NCBI GenBank assembly: GCA_036172245.1 | Contig: JAYWIR010000071.1 | Span: 124,001-188,000 of the forward strand | Source: Raillietiella orientalis | Taxonomy: Eukaryota | Direction of reading: 5' to 3' | Length of the DNA stretch: 64,000 nucleotides | Shown here: positions 1 through 12,162 of the stretch, one piece after another | How the letters are laid out: every line of letters starts with the position of its first letter | Position numbering within the stretch: position 1 is the stretch's first letter | The notes under the pieces: model-generated | Databases searched by the model: none | What the model saw: only the letters and a program-made list of their open reading frames with translations | Told to the model about the DNA's origin: nothing | Program-made: the position numbers and the translations under genes

Positions 1-279
1 TTAGCATGAAGGTGAAACTGAAAAAGACTGCGATTTTGCTACCTTTTATACTTTCGCCCTCATACTAGCCAACGTATGTTCTCCTTTAACTCATGCAAAC
101 ATATAAAACATGAATTACACGAGTTTCAGAAGAAGTGTTTGTTGGAAGAGCATTCAAAGTTTCGAAATGGAGAGAAAAAGCGTTAAAAATCGTTCTCTGC
201 TGATGCACTTAAATTCGGACCCTCTTAACTTACATTCATTACATCAGGATACAGCGGGAGCAACACCCTGTTTTGTCTT

Positions 280-338
280 AGAATTCAAGTCAAAGCACCT
301 GGCAGAATTAGGTGCTTAGGCACTTTGACTTGAATTCT
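280..338. repeat. Inverted repeat / hairpin with 16-bp perfect arms
   Basis: AGAATTCAAGTCAAAG (280-295) pairs with CTTTGACTTGAATTCT (323-338). Confidence 0.85.
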
Positions 339-585
339 TAATATTCGCAGACGATATACCCGCAGCTGGGATTTTTCGGAGTCTTGATGATCGGTTAAGT
401 CAATTAGTTTGCTGACTGGATGTTTTCCGAAAAAGGACCTACAAACACTTGGCTGTTTGGCTAACTGATTTTTTTATATTTGTAAAGTACTTTTCATCCA
501 ATGTTCTCCAACATTCATTCAAAACAGTTAAACTAAATGAACACGGCAACTCGTTTCAAGAAATATTTCGTATATTTCTGTATCT

Positions 586-2607
586 TTATTTCTTATCTTT
601 GGGTGACCAGTGCCACCATGAATCATTTTGAGTATCATGCACATGCACACCAGCTGCAGATAGTGCACTCCGGAACTCATCACATAGAAATAGCAGCTGA
701 GAAGCATCTGGTACTAAACGTACGTTTTTAGGTGACCAAACCGTAAGCTGCTTACTTTTATTGTTTCTTTTGGTCTCCAGTGCCATTTTTCTCACGGCAC
801 AACGAAAATTGATTGCTGAATCAACGATGAAATTCTGATGCTGTTCCTGTGAATGCTCACAAGTACCAAGGCTGAAACCCAATGAACGGAAAAACTGTTC
901 TACAAATATAAGCAATGTTGCTACAGCAACAGCACTACGACTACTACCAGCAGGCTGCTTTAGGAAATAATAGTTGTCAGATATATGTCTTCTGACCTGA
1001 TTGTGCGGTTGCATCAAGTGATAAACTAGATCAATCATCTTTTTAATCAACTCAACAGCTTTGGGAGTATTGAAGTCATCTGCTAAAGCTTGCTGTATCT
1101 CTAATTTGGTAGCAGCCAACTCTGCATATAAATAGGGCTCATCCTTAATGCACCCATCCTGTTGACCATGAAGGTATGCTCTCCCCCATGACAGAAAATT
1201 TAGGATACGTGAAATCACAAAAGACGCTATCTGCAAAGTATCAGCACTGAAAAAGATGTCTAAAAGACATTCTTAGGTAATCTTCATGATGCTCACTACT
1301 GCGATAAGGAAACAGTACACATAGCATGCGAAATTCATCTGCAGAAGTACCAGAAGCCAGCAGCTGACGGATTGATACACCATTACTTAGTGATTTAGAC
1401 ATCTTACAGCCATCCTGCAAGTGAAGAAGTCCTAAGCAACAGTCATCTGCAGCCAAATACTACCAACCAGTGTGCAACCAATGATGCACCCAAATATCTT
1501 GTCCATGATATGCACAGCTTTGAGCTTCTTCATTCTCATGATGAGGGAACTGAAGATCAATACCGCCACTATGAATATCAACAGTATTCCCAAATAATTC
1601 AGAAGCAATTGCTGAACATTCTACATGCCAGCCTGGTCTTCCCATCCCCTTTCCAAATGGGCATGCCCAAAAGGGTTCATGCTCTTTAACAGCTTTCCAC
1701 AAAGCAAAGTCTCGTGGTGATTTCTTCATTAGTCCCTGATCAGTATCATGACAAGTGCCCAAACCTCTGAGTTTGCCATATGAAGGCATTTTTTCTACTT
1801 CAAAATACACATCACCTAAATTCTGTAAAACAATATTCTTTGATTTCCTAACAGAATTTACCATTTTCAGATTCATAAGCAAAGCCTTTTTGAAGCAACT
1901 TTTGGATAAAATGAATAATACTGGGAATTTTTTCTGTTACACGCACAGACAATGTGGGTGGAATCACATTCAATTTATTCATGTTTTCAAAGAATTCTAC
2001 TTCATACTTAGAAGTTATTTCTGTAATGCTTGTTTGCTCCTATAATTGGACAAAATGAAAACCGAGAAATTCCAGTAAATGAAAACCTGTTTGGCTTTAT
2101 TGATGATTTTATCATCTACATCTGTGACTCCCATTACTTGAAGTACATTAAGAGAAAAAAATTCCTGAAGAATGCGTCGCACAATATCACACCTAACATA
2201 ACATCTAGGAAAAGGTGCTACTTTAGTATTTTACATTATGGATGAAATCATTTATCAAGACGCAATCCACTGAAAGACTTAAAACAAAGATTTTCTTTCA
2301 CACTTCCATGTATATATCGTAAAAAGCTGTATATTTTTAAAGCAACTTTCTCTTATTTTTATATGCTTAAAAGTTCAGTAAACAACTTAATTGTGAAATC
2401 AATGTCAAATGCAAGAAGAGTGAAGTTAACTTACAGCCCATGGCCAATGTGGGGAGAATCATATACTGTGGGCCCACACATATACCATTTCAATGTCCTA
2501 CTCGTATCAACAGTTACTTCGGCATTTGTTTTGGTTATCGGAGAATATACACATATTCTACTGCAGAAAGTTCGATATTTCGTGAAGCTCGGCACTGGAT
2601 TTTTCAT
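586..2607 (-). CDS. CARS2: Cysteinyl-tRNA synthetase, probably mitochondrial (multi-exon)
   Basis: Spliced translation gives [17 protein letters not shown] (HIGH motif), [64 protein letters not shown] and [14 protein letters not shown] at 2607 is provisional. Mitochondrial assignment is inferred from the compact length. Confidence 0.9.
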
Positions 2608-5600
2608 CAATGTTTAATAACCACTTGCACTCAAGCATATTATCGGAAAACGCTCACTCTGATTCCACCAGATTCTAACGTGCTGTTTGCATAATTGCCA
2701 CATCTCTCTAGTTAAAAATTAGGCGCAAACAATTCCAGGTGCTTGCTACGGATTTAGAATTGCAAAATGAATAGTATACTCAATTTCTAATAACCGATTC
2801 TGAACAAGCAAGCATAGGCTTCATGAAAAATTCACTGAAAAATTCGAATAACAGCCTTACAATCACTTAGAGTCGCGTTGGCTATTGAGCACATTTCATC
2901 AGAGACACGTGTACTAAAACATGTCATTAGTTCATAAAAAGATAAATTTACCTAGTTCATCATTAAGAGTTACTGTAATAAATAAGTCTGTACAATCGGT
3001 CATCAATGACCTGTAACTCAAAGGTGTCTTCCTCTTGCACCAAATTTTCAAAAATTTTAACACACTTCTTCAGCTCGAAATGCTAGAAGAATCCTATGCT
3101 TATATATATATCGATATGAACAACAATCATTTAAATTTAATGGAATTGTAGTTTTGAATATGAATAACTATGCATCCTTATTTATGTATGTGCCTTTATA
3201 CATGGACGAAAACACAGACAGATATTTCTACTAACACGTATCTGCAGCTTCTAATCACTCAAATCAATCATACTTTAGGGATATTTCCATTAAGATTTCA
3301 TAATTTCACTAATTTGCTGTTGGCGCCTTCTAGAATACGTTTTAATTACTTTGAAATACGTAAATGCCTTCATGCTAATTATTCATGCGTTGACTATTTA
3401 GAAAAATTTCTTTTTTTTGTATATGAGTGAACAGTTGTGCCTTGTCTGCTACGTACGTTTTGTCAATCAGAAAAGTACCCGTGCAATTTTTGCATCATGA
3501 ACTCCTGTTGCCACGATATATTCATCTTTGTATCGATAAGGATGTTTTCTGCTTCATTGCTGCTCGTTTCTCATTCGTTTTCAGCAACGACATTTCAGTT
3601 CTCTGTGACTAGATACTGAGCTCAGAAAAAATAGAAAGAGAGATTGGTTTTCCTCTGCATTTGTTCTCCATTAATAATTCTCCTCATTGTCGAACTCTGT
3701 CTTGTATCAGCGATTATATTGCTTTATCATGACACTATGAGTGAAAATTTTCAAAACGAAGATTTACTTGGCATATCGATCTCTGATCGATTCTTGCACA
3801 ATTGTAAGGCTTATAATCGTAAATTATTTCTTGAAATTGAAGCTTACTTTGCTACTGATGATACTGGATATCTGCTAACAATTTGCGAAATACTGCATAC
3901 TTCAATTCTATGTTTTCTGGATATTTGATAAATAAATGAAGACATTTAGCTATATTTTCGGCATAAGTACTACATCTTTGTGCCATTTTCTATACATAAG
4001 CACTGCAGTTGAAGATGTTAGTATATATTCAGCAAAAGTCTGTATTTTATCACGGTACTATGCGGTTAGTTTCAGTTACTGTTTTTTTCACATCTGTGAT
4101 CTATTGATTTTTCTTCAAGTCTGCGCTCCAAAATTGCAGAAATTCACAGTTGCTTGTATTTCGATCGGTTTGTTTTTAAACAAACTTTCTTCAATTTTTA
4201 ATTACATCAACTATTAACACCTGCACTGATTCCTTTTCTGATGACATTTATATGGAACTCAAGTTTGTATACTGTACTCACATTAAAGATTCCTCAATGT
4301 AGTATCTGCTTTTTCTTTTGTCTCCCCCACCTTCTAGGCTTCTGAATTTAAAGGTCGAAAAACAAATCAAACGCATTATTGGCTTAAACCGTCCTCCATT
4401 ATTGCTTGTTGATTTATGAATCAATTGTACTCGAGCCTGAGAAACTGCCACCTTATCATAGAGATCTTGAGATCTCTAATTGGCTGTTTCTGAAAGTTAG
4501 GTCTGATTGAAAGTGAAGCTCTTCATAATGAACTTGCATTTCTCAGCTTCAAACCATTGGAAGCAGACTGATACAGAAGTAATCTTAAGCACTTTAAAAT
4601 GGTCTTTCATATGCAATTTTGTATAAGTGCATTGCATCAATATGTCTAATAAAACTTGAATCGTAAGCATTCAAATCTATAAACAAAGTTTACCTTGCCA
4701 TCTCCTTTTTATTTTGAACCTTTTAATGGTAGGCAGATGGCACATAATTTTCTTAGGTAGATTTCAACTGACAACTGTGAAAGCAGTCTTTTTTATTGTT
4801 TAGCATTCCGCTTTCCTTCTTCTATCTTGAAATCTGAATGATTCTGTTGTTCTTTTTTCAACAAGACGCTGAATGCTAGTAATTTCCAAGCGTGAGAAAC
4901 ATGCTAGCATGACCTTATTTTTGTATTCCTTTCTTTTTTTGTTTACACTTTGATTTTTCTCAAAGACCTAGAAGCTATTGCCTACCCCGAATTCCAAAAA
5001 GTACCCATATTTATTTAAGAAACTCTATCAAACTTGTATATAATTCGATGGAGTTCCTTTTTATAACTCTCATAATCACCTCGAGTAAATTCTTGGCTAA
5101 TCGCCTGAATCGGAGACGTAGCGGTGCACACTTGTCACCGAACAGTGTCTATGACAACAATCTTTAAGGATTCTCTGATAATAAACAAAATACATTAAAT
5201 TTTTTGGAGCATCCTCATTCAAACGTATTTGTGGATTTTCCATTGTAATTAAGGATGAACCTGCATCAGCATCTTCTTCGGAACTAGTGTCACACCCAAA
5301 ACCATATTGGTGTTTTCGAGCTTCACCCAGTATGGAGTCAGCTTACTCAGAGTACATCCTGGTATTTCCCCGCGAGATCACCATGAAAATCCTTTTCTGC
5401 TATGACTATTGTGGTTACTGGGATCCTGAAGAAAGTAAGATGAGTGATTACGACTATCCTTCTGGGTCCGAGGTGCAGCGTGGACGCATCACAGCCACTC
5501 TGCTTCGTTTTCGAGATGTACTACAAGACACAATTTCTTACATGAGTGCGAACTTGTTAGATTTACAGTTTACAGCAAACATTTTTTTCTTTAAGTGAAG

Positions 5601-8220
5601 GAATGCTTTCTGATTCCACTGATCAAACTCTTCGCTTAATTATTTCATTCGAGTTGCCAGCGCTGAGAGTGAGCTCAAAGAAAACGAGTGAAGTATGCAG
5701 AAGAATAACTTTCATTTCTTAAGCAACAATTGCATTCATAAAACATGGAACAAGCAACTATATGGGGATTGATTTATAAAGATGGTTTTGAAGAACAATT
5801 TTCGAAAAGTTAAGAGGGCCACACAAAAGCGTGAACTCTTTGGACTACTTGCAGACGGGAGCTGTAGTACGGCGGATTCAGACGCTTTTGACTTCCATAT
5901 TGAATATGCATCGTTTCATTACAGTCAACATATGTCATAGGATCTGATGAATGCAAAGGATTGTAATATAGGGTTGCTTCATCGATCAATTCCAAACTGA
6001 TTATTGGTCTCCGAAGACTGATTGCATAGCCATTACAACTTTTCAATTTTTTTAAAAAAACAGAAAAGTTGTAAAACAATGCTATACTGGTCGGATCATG
6101 CAGGAATCATGCACAGAGAATCGTGAAAACTGAGCAGTCTCCTTCAAAACTTGTCTCGAAAATAGAGAAGCTTTAATTTTTGTTTTCTTCGATTGTCCAT
6201 ACTACTGAGAAAAATAAATTCCTTCAAATCGTACTCCTGCATTTTCAAGTCATCACCATGACCTGACATTCACGAATTCTCACTACGAAAAGCAGTAGTG
6301 AGCCACAGCATCAAACCACAATAACAGGAAACGTAAAGCCTTGAGAATTGTACAATACAGCACACATTGCTTCTATCGTAAAGCTCTCAAAGTATTTGAT
6401 ACTTTCAAAGCACCAATGTAATTTTCCGAGCTTCTATTTCTTTGGTTTGCTTTTAGAATCGGTTTGAGTGTTACCAATCTTTACTGATGTCAGCTTCTGC
6501 CAGAACGGCTGTGTTTTTCTTTCCTCACTTGCAACTCCATTTGTGAATGGATTGAGGATTACTATTTCCAAAATGCATCGGAAGTTTTTGCATATTCTTA
6601 AGTTTCAATTCACGACTGCAATTATGAAACGCTAAACATTTATGAGACTGTTTGGTAAAGTTAGGAAGCACAAAGTATGGACTCACTTCAGGGATGATAG
6701 TTTGAAAAGAAATTCCTATTATTATAATCTATGCATTTTCTAAAACACATTCTGTCCGTACAAGTGTGTTGCATAGACTTTTTTTCTCCATTAAAATTCT
6801 AGCTCTCAGTTTGTTCCATTGCTTGCCAACAGCTGACGATAACACCTTTGTTTAGATTCTCAACTCTTTCTTTGTTAATTGTCAGTCATTACAGTCCTTA
6901 ATTGTAATTATTTCCCTTATTTTTGAATCCAACCATTGTTTTGTTGCTAATAGTTCCATGATTATCCCTCATGAAAATGGCACTGACTCTACATTCTATT
7001 CAATTCTCTTTGAATAGTTACTGAAATCATTATTTAAGAATATGAATTCAGTTTCTTTTAGGTTTTATGTCTTTCAAAAATGAATTTCCAATGGTTTTCC
7101 GTTTTCCTAACTGCTTCTACGCCTACATTTATTTTTTATCACACGGAGTTTGTGATTTTTTTGAAAGGATATGAGGTCTCTTTAAAGGAATTCATTTGCT
7201 TCTTCTAAATTGACATCATTCCTTTTCTTTTCGTATTCATCTGCCCTAATTAGTTCGTTCCCATTATATTCTACGTATTTGTTCTTTCCGTTTTTTTTAT
7301 TCATCTTTCAAATTTCACTTGATTACTTTGATGTTTCTTTTTTTTGAATATAGAAAGTAGACCTTATTTCTCAAGAAAAGAATGATAGTGGAAAAGAGAG
7401 ATCTTTGCTTGTGAGTATTGAACAATTCATTCGAACCCTTCCGCGGTTTGAAACCTACTGATTAAAACGAGGATGCCTATACGTAAAGACTTAGCGAAGG
7501 AATCAGCGTATTTGCGAAGCAATTCAAAAAAAGAGAAAAAAGAAGTTCAGTATTTGCCGTAACTTCCAGCACTGTGATGATGCTTTCTGGATGTTGAGAT
7601 GAATTTTTCACATAAAATTCCTTGTTGATCCGTGTGTTTATTTCCTGGGTTTGGTGGACTTGATCTTTTTGAGATTCAGTAATGCACTAAAAAGGAGGAC
7701 AGATTTTTGCATTCGTAGGAAATTGAAGTTGCACATAGCAATGTGTGTTTTTTCATAAGTAAATTAAGGCCCATTTCAAGGTTCCAGTAACCATTTTTGT
7801 AAAATCTGATAGCGAATGCTCTGTATGATGAAAGGTTGTGTTTTTTATGAGATGGATGGCATATTTGTCTCCGATATTGGAGTGACGGAGAGTTATCTAC
7901 CTAGTTTGTTGAGAACTAGCCTTAAAATAAACATGCAGCATTAATTTTCAAGCAAGATGAAAATCCGGCTGCTCTTTTTTTAATTATCATTGTGTTTATT
8001 CAAAAGTCCCATGCATTAGCATTTCGATTCGGGAGTTGGTTGCAAAGTGGTAGTTTGAATACAGGGTTGCTTGTGTGGGAGTTACGCCTTGTAATGTTAT
8101 GTGATCCAGGCGTATAAAATATCGAAGGTGGATGTTTTTTAATATCTCCTGTGTTATGATTCTGATGTGTTATATGAATCCGTAGCAACATCGTCATAAA
8201 TTTTGTAATTATCGTCAACC

Positions 8221-9462
8221 ATGGACGACTTTGTAAATTCTTTTGGCTCAGCAGAAACAGATCCTGCGGCGGAATTCTTAGCAAGGGAACAAACCCAGTT
8301 AAGGGAATTAGAAGATGAACTCTTTTTAGATAGAGCACAGGATCAGCCGGCCTTCTCGCAAGAGAATTGTAAGTGTATTTTGCAGATTTGACTTTGATTA
8401 ATACAAATACTTTGAAAAAGAATAAGTTATTTTTTAGTCCCAACAATCGATTTTAGGAAAATTACTCTTGCAGTGAGTTTTTTAAATAAGTTTTTGTAAA
8501 TATATTTTAAGCTTTTCGCTTTTTTTGTTGATTGTGGAACCTAAAGTTTTCAGATTATTGATGTTGTATTATTTTTCAGTTTTAGTCGATAATGCCCCAA
8601 CAGTTATAGAAAAGAAAACCGGGACGTTAGCTGTCATAAGCGGAATAGACAATGACTTTGATATCGTTGATGGTAACAAACATTAGTTTTAATTACTGCA
8701 TAACTCAGTTTGTAAGAGCATGTGATAGCATGTGAACATGAAAGCAATCTCACTTTGATATTGTCTTTGCTAGCATCATCATGATTGAAATGAATTGTGT
8801 AGCCCACAACTGAACATTAAAAAAAAAAGTTCATTGTACAGTTGTGTGTATTTCAGAAATCATGCTTGCATTTTTAAGATGCTATCAGGGTCAGCAACAT
8901 GTGAATTGCATTAAATGTGTGAAAAAGCATTTGGGAGAAATGTTTAGATGCTCGATGAGTTATTTTGTTGACAAATACTTAGACTATGGTTTTAGTAGAG
9001 AAAGCAAAAGATCCTCCAGTTGCCCGTCCACATGTGATTCCAGAGAAAATCTTGAAATGGCAAGAAGAACAAAAAGCTAGGTTAGAAAAAAAAGGTAACT
9101 TGCATAGGAGCATATATATGGTAAATGATACATAAATGAATAGACGAAGAGGAAGAAAGAAAAAAAAAAGAGCTGCAGGAACAGGCCAAAAGAGAGTTGG
9201 AAGAATGGCAACGGCATTATGAGGAAACTGCAAAAATGAAGAGCACCAACAGGTAGGGCTGCAGGGCTGTTTTAGGTTGCTAAAGGCTGCTAGGGATAGA
9301 GAGGCATTCAACACAGAAGATGGACTTTCTTCTGGAAATGACTGGGAAATGATAGCTAAGCTTTGTGATTTTAACCCAAAGAGTAGCAGAGGCACCAAGG
9401 ATGTGTCTCGGATGAGATCCATCATCCTGCAACTCAAACAAAACCCTCTTATTGGCAGATAG
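8221..9462 (+). CDS. CLTA: Clathrin light chain; exons ~8221-8368, 8586-8672, 8996-9094, 9144-9252, 9294-9462
   Basis: N-terminal DPAAEFLAREQ, central EKILKWQEEQKARLEKKDEEE...ELEEW, and C-terminal WEMIAKLCDFNPKSSRGTKDVSRMRSIILQLKQNP are characteristic of the family. GT-AG sites keep the frame. Confidence 0.93.
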
Positions 9463-9471
9463 ATACATGCA

Positions 9472-9477
9472 AATAAA
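9472..9477 (+). promoter_or_regulatory. Putative poly(A) signal of clathrin light chain
   Basis: AATAAA 10 nt after the TAG stop. Confidence 0.55.
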
Positions 9478-9484
9478 TGGTGAA

Positions 9485-9754
9485 TTATTGCATAATTGAT
9501 GTTCCTTTTTGTAAAAGCTGTGCAAATCGACCCGTGATCAATAGAGATACATCAATAAAGCGATTGACACAATTGGTCATGCATGCTTCTGAGCGACCAT
9601 CCAACTTGTTATTCATTTTACTAATGCACAGGTCCCAACACAAATCATTGAGTTGGTATATCTGAGCCTGAAGTTGGGCCTTCTGTTGCTCAAGTAGGAG
9701 AAACTGTTGGAGTTCACTGTTCTCACTTGCTGTATTGTTGTTTAAGGCAGACAT
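9485..9754 (-). CDS. TIMM8: Mitochondrial small Tim chaperone Tim8 (89 aa, no intron in the CDS)
   Basis: ELQQFL..EQQKAQLQAQI, twin CX3C motifs (CWDLC, CMTNC) and VNRFIDVSLLITGRF. A TTCCAG acceptor lies 2 nt upstream of the ATG. Confidence 0.92.
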   Translation of the reverse strand: MSALNNNTASENSELQQFLLLEQQKAQLQAQIYQLNDLCWDLCISKMNNKLDGRSEACMTNCVNRFIDVSLLITGRFAQLLQKGTSIMQ

Positions 9755-9862
9755 ACCTGGAATATATGGTAATACAATGATTAAGAGGTTAGGGGGTTCA
9801 GTGAGATCCTGCCATTCAGCAGTTCCCCCCAAATATGAAAAGTTGTACAATACATATGGATA

Positions 9863-9868
9863 TTTATT
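9863..9868 (-). promoter_or_regulatory. Putative poly(A) signal overlapping the RNGTT stop codon
   Basis: Minus strand reads ACT TAA TAAA, i.e. AATAAA overlapping the TAA stop. Confidence 0.55.
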
Positions 9869-11597
9869 AAGTTGATGTCACATCTGCTTTGCGCTTTAAA
9901 GGATTTAGATTCACTACAGAAGGGCAGATAGCACGTAATAATTCTTCCTGCAAAACTGGCTTCTTAATGCTTTCAGCCACAGATGCTGCAGTTAAATAAC
10001 TGTTAGGGAAGGATTTGTCAGTGCGTACACGCAATACTTCCCAGCTTTTACTCTGCATATTCCATGCACACTCCACAATTTGCTTGTGATATTGTTTAAG
10101 TGCCTTGCATTTGTTAATGTGGGCAAATGGAGCATCATGTCCGCCTACATACAACATAGCTACTTTATGTGGCACCACACCTTCTCCTTGTTGCTGTGCC
10201 AGCACCAGTCTAAAGTCTATAGTGTTGAGATGAGGGGGTTTCCATTTGAGCACTTGGGGACAGCAGCCAGTCATATATGGCTCCTGCACTGGCTGAAAGA
10301 TCAGTCCATCAACTTCATGAGAAACTTGCTCTTGAAATTTTGGACTAAGAAATTGAGCTGTTTGCTCTAGGCCACAAAATCGTTTTGCACGAACTCCCAA
10401 TGGTTCTTTATCTCTACGTAAGATACCTTTTTTGAGAGCTGCTATACGTGGCTTAATAATGTGCTCTTCAATACACTTAAGTCTTTTATCAAGAAACTCC
10501 TTTTTCATAGATGTATCTTGTAAATGTACAATATCATAGATCAGATATCGGGGAATAGGATGTCCACCTTTGACTTGATCAAATACCATTTCTCCATCTA
10601 GCAGTGTATCATGCAAATGACCTTGCAAGTTATTGTGCACTGGAAATGAAAGTCCCTTGATTTGGAACACACAGTTATCCCTGTCAACAAAATAAACTTG
10701 ATCTGGTCCATCAATGAGCAGCATATAGCGTGTGCCATCTGCTTTCCACGTAACCATGTATGCCTCCTGCTGCAGAAGGCCAATATTTTCCCATGTCAGT
10801 GACACAGGCTGACTACCAGGAAAGTCTTTTCTGGTGTACTCACATAATTGGCGGAGCTTAGAGTGCACCCTATTGATAACATCAGAATCTGTAACTGGCA
10901 TAACACCTGGGACATCACCATTGAGAAACTGTTTACTATGTACAGTTCTTTTTCTCATATTAGCCCCAGAACTACTTCCAGATTTGTTTGATGTATCTTC
11001 ACTTTCATTACCATCTTCTAAGCTCCACTCGGGATAATCAGGGACAGGTGGCATATCTTCATCTCCGTATTTATCGAATATCGCTTTCAAATAATCAGGT
11101 TTATAGATACCAGGTGGTCTTTGTTCTTGGAAAGCTCTCACAGCAGCAGCTGCACTCCAATCCATTTTCTCTACCAAGTAGGAAACAATAAGAAGTCCAG
11201 TCCTATTGAAACCATGAGTACAATGCACTCCAATACATTCTAAGGGTTGTTTTCTTATAAACATACTACACAACTTAATAAAAGTTCGAACTTGGTCATC
11301 TGTAGGTACTTCTCCATGACCCTTGCAATTCAGTTTAATATATTTTACACCAGCTTCCTCAACAGTTTTCTTGTCATAATACCTTGTAGTATTTGTCAGA
11401 TCAATCCATAAGCCAAGCTTTATTTTCTGATCTTGAAGGGATTGAAACAAAAGTGCTGGTGTGAAACGATACTGTAGTGGCACTTTACTATCGTAATGAT
11501 TACTAAGGGGAGTTTTAAAAGCTACAAATTTTCCTGCAATGGGATTTATAGATTTGCGGGGGCAGTTCAACCAGCGAGAAGGTAGTGGTGGAGACAT
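9867..11597 (-). CDS. RNGTT: Bifunctional mRNA capping enzyme (RNA 5'-triphosphatase + guanylyltransferase), 576 aa, single coding exon
   Basis: RWLNCPRK, P-loop HCTHGFNRTG, FPGSQPVS, motif I KADGTRY, DTLLDGEM, RYLIYDI, HEVDGLIFQP, LKWKP and RVRTDKSFPN in one uninterrupted ORF. Confidence 0.97.
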   Translation of the reverse strand: MSPPLPSRWLNCPRKSINPIAGKFVAFKTPLSNHYDSKVPLQYRFTPALLFQSLQDQKIKLGLWIDLTNTTRYYDKKTVEEAGVKYIKLNCKGHGEVPTDDQVRTFIKLCSMFIRKQPLECIGVHCTHGFNRTGLLIVSYLVEKMDWSAAAAVRAFQEQRPPGIYKPDYLKAIFDKYGDEDMPPVPDYPEWSLEDGNESEDTSNKSGSSSGANMRKRTVHSKQFLNGDVPGVMPVTDSDVINRVHSKLRQLCEYTRKDFPGSQPVSLTWENIGLLQQEAYMVTWKADGTRYMLLIDGPDQVYFVDRDNCVFQIKGLSFPVHNNLQGHLHDTLLDGEMVFDQVKGGHPIPRYLIYDIVHLQDTSMKKEFLDKRLKCIEEHIIKPRIAALKKGILRRDKEPLGVRAKRFCGLEQTAQFLSPKFQEQVSHEVDGLIFQPVQEPYMTGCCPQVLKWKPPHLNTIDFRLVLAQQQGEGVVPHKVAMLYVGGHDAPFAHINKCKALKQYHKQIVECAWNMQSKSWEVLRVRTDKSFPNSYLTAASVAESIKKPVLQEELLRAICPSVVNLNPLKRKADVTST

Positions 11598-12162
11598 TCT
11601 TCACAATCCACTTTCATGGAACAAAACAGAACAGAAAATTGAGACATTTATATCCAACATAAATGGATGAAGTCACTTATTTAATCAAGCGCTATAAGTT
11701 ACATGATTATCAATAAACCCTAGTGTTTTGCTTACAAGTTCTCCATGAATTACCATCAAAAATATTCTATACACAATAAACTGCATCAAACAATATAAAT
11801 ATCTCTACAGTATTCTTCACCCTTTTAGTCATATATGTATCTAGAAACGCAAACACACGTACTTCTACAGCTACTTACTACCAAACAAAATACAGGCCAG
11901 TTTAATTGCAAAACAATACAAATATTCGCATGTCATTAAGAAAGAGGGATCATTGAGGAATCAACGCATATAAGAATCCGCGGCTGTTTACTTTATAACG
12001 AATTTGCTGTTGTATGTAACACTAAGAGGAGGATTGAACACAAACATTGATGAGAACAAGCAGTAATTGTTTACAATGTAAGCCATTCAGAAACATCTTT
12101 TGTGTGCAACTACACTTCAAAGCAGTCTAATCATTTATGCTTCGGAAAATTATGTCCTGTTA
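10845..12162. repeat. Duplicated segment A, copy 1 (5' half of RNGTT plus ~560 bp upstream); partner 16057-17374
   Basis: Direct, near-identical sequence at offset ~5212 (ATGs at 11597 and 16809). Confidence 0.95.

Noticed and set aside
3000..8000. Possible gene in the AT-rich interval between CARS2 and clathrin LC
   Set aside because: Only short ORFs with no recognisable motifs or consistent spliced frame; left unannotated rather than excluded.
9755..9850. N-terminal extension of the Tim8 ORF in the track
   Set aside because: Non-ATG start that runs through a splice acceptor; the family-sized protein starts at 9754.
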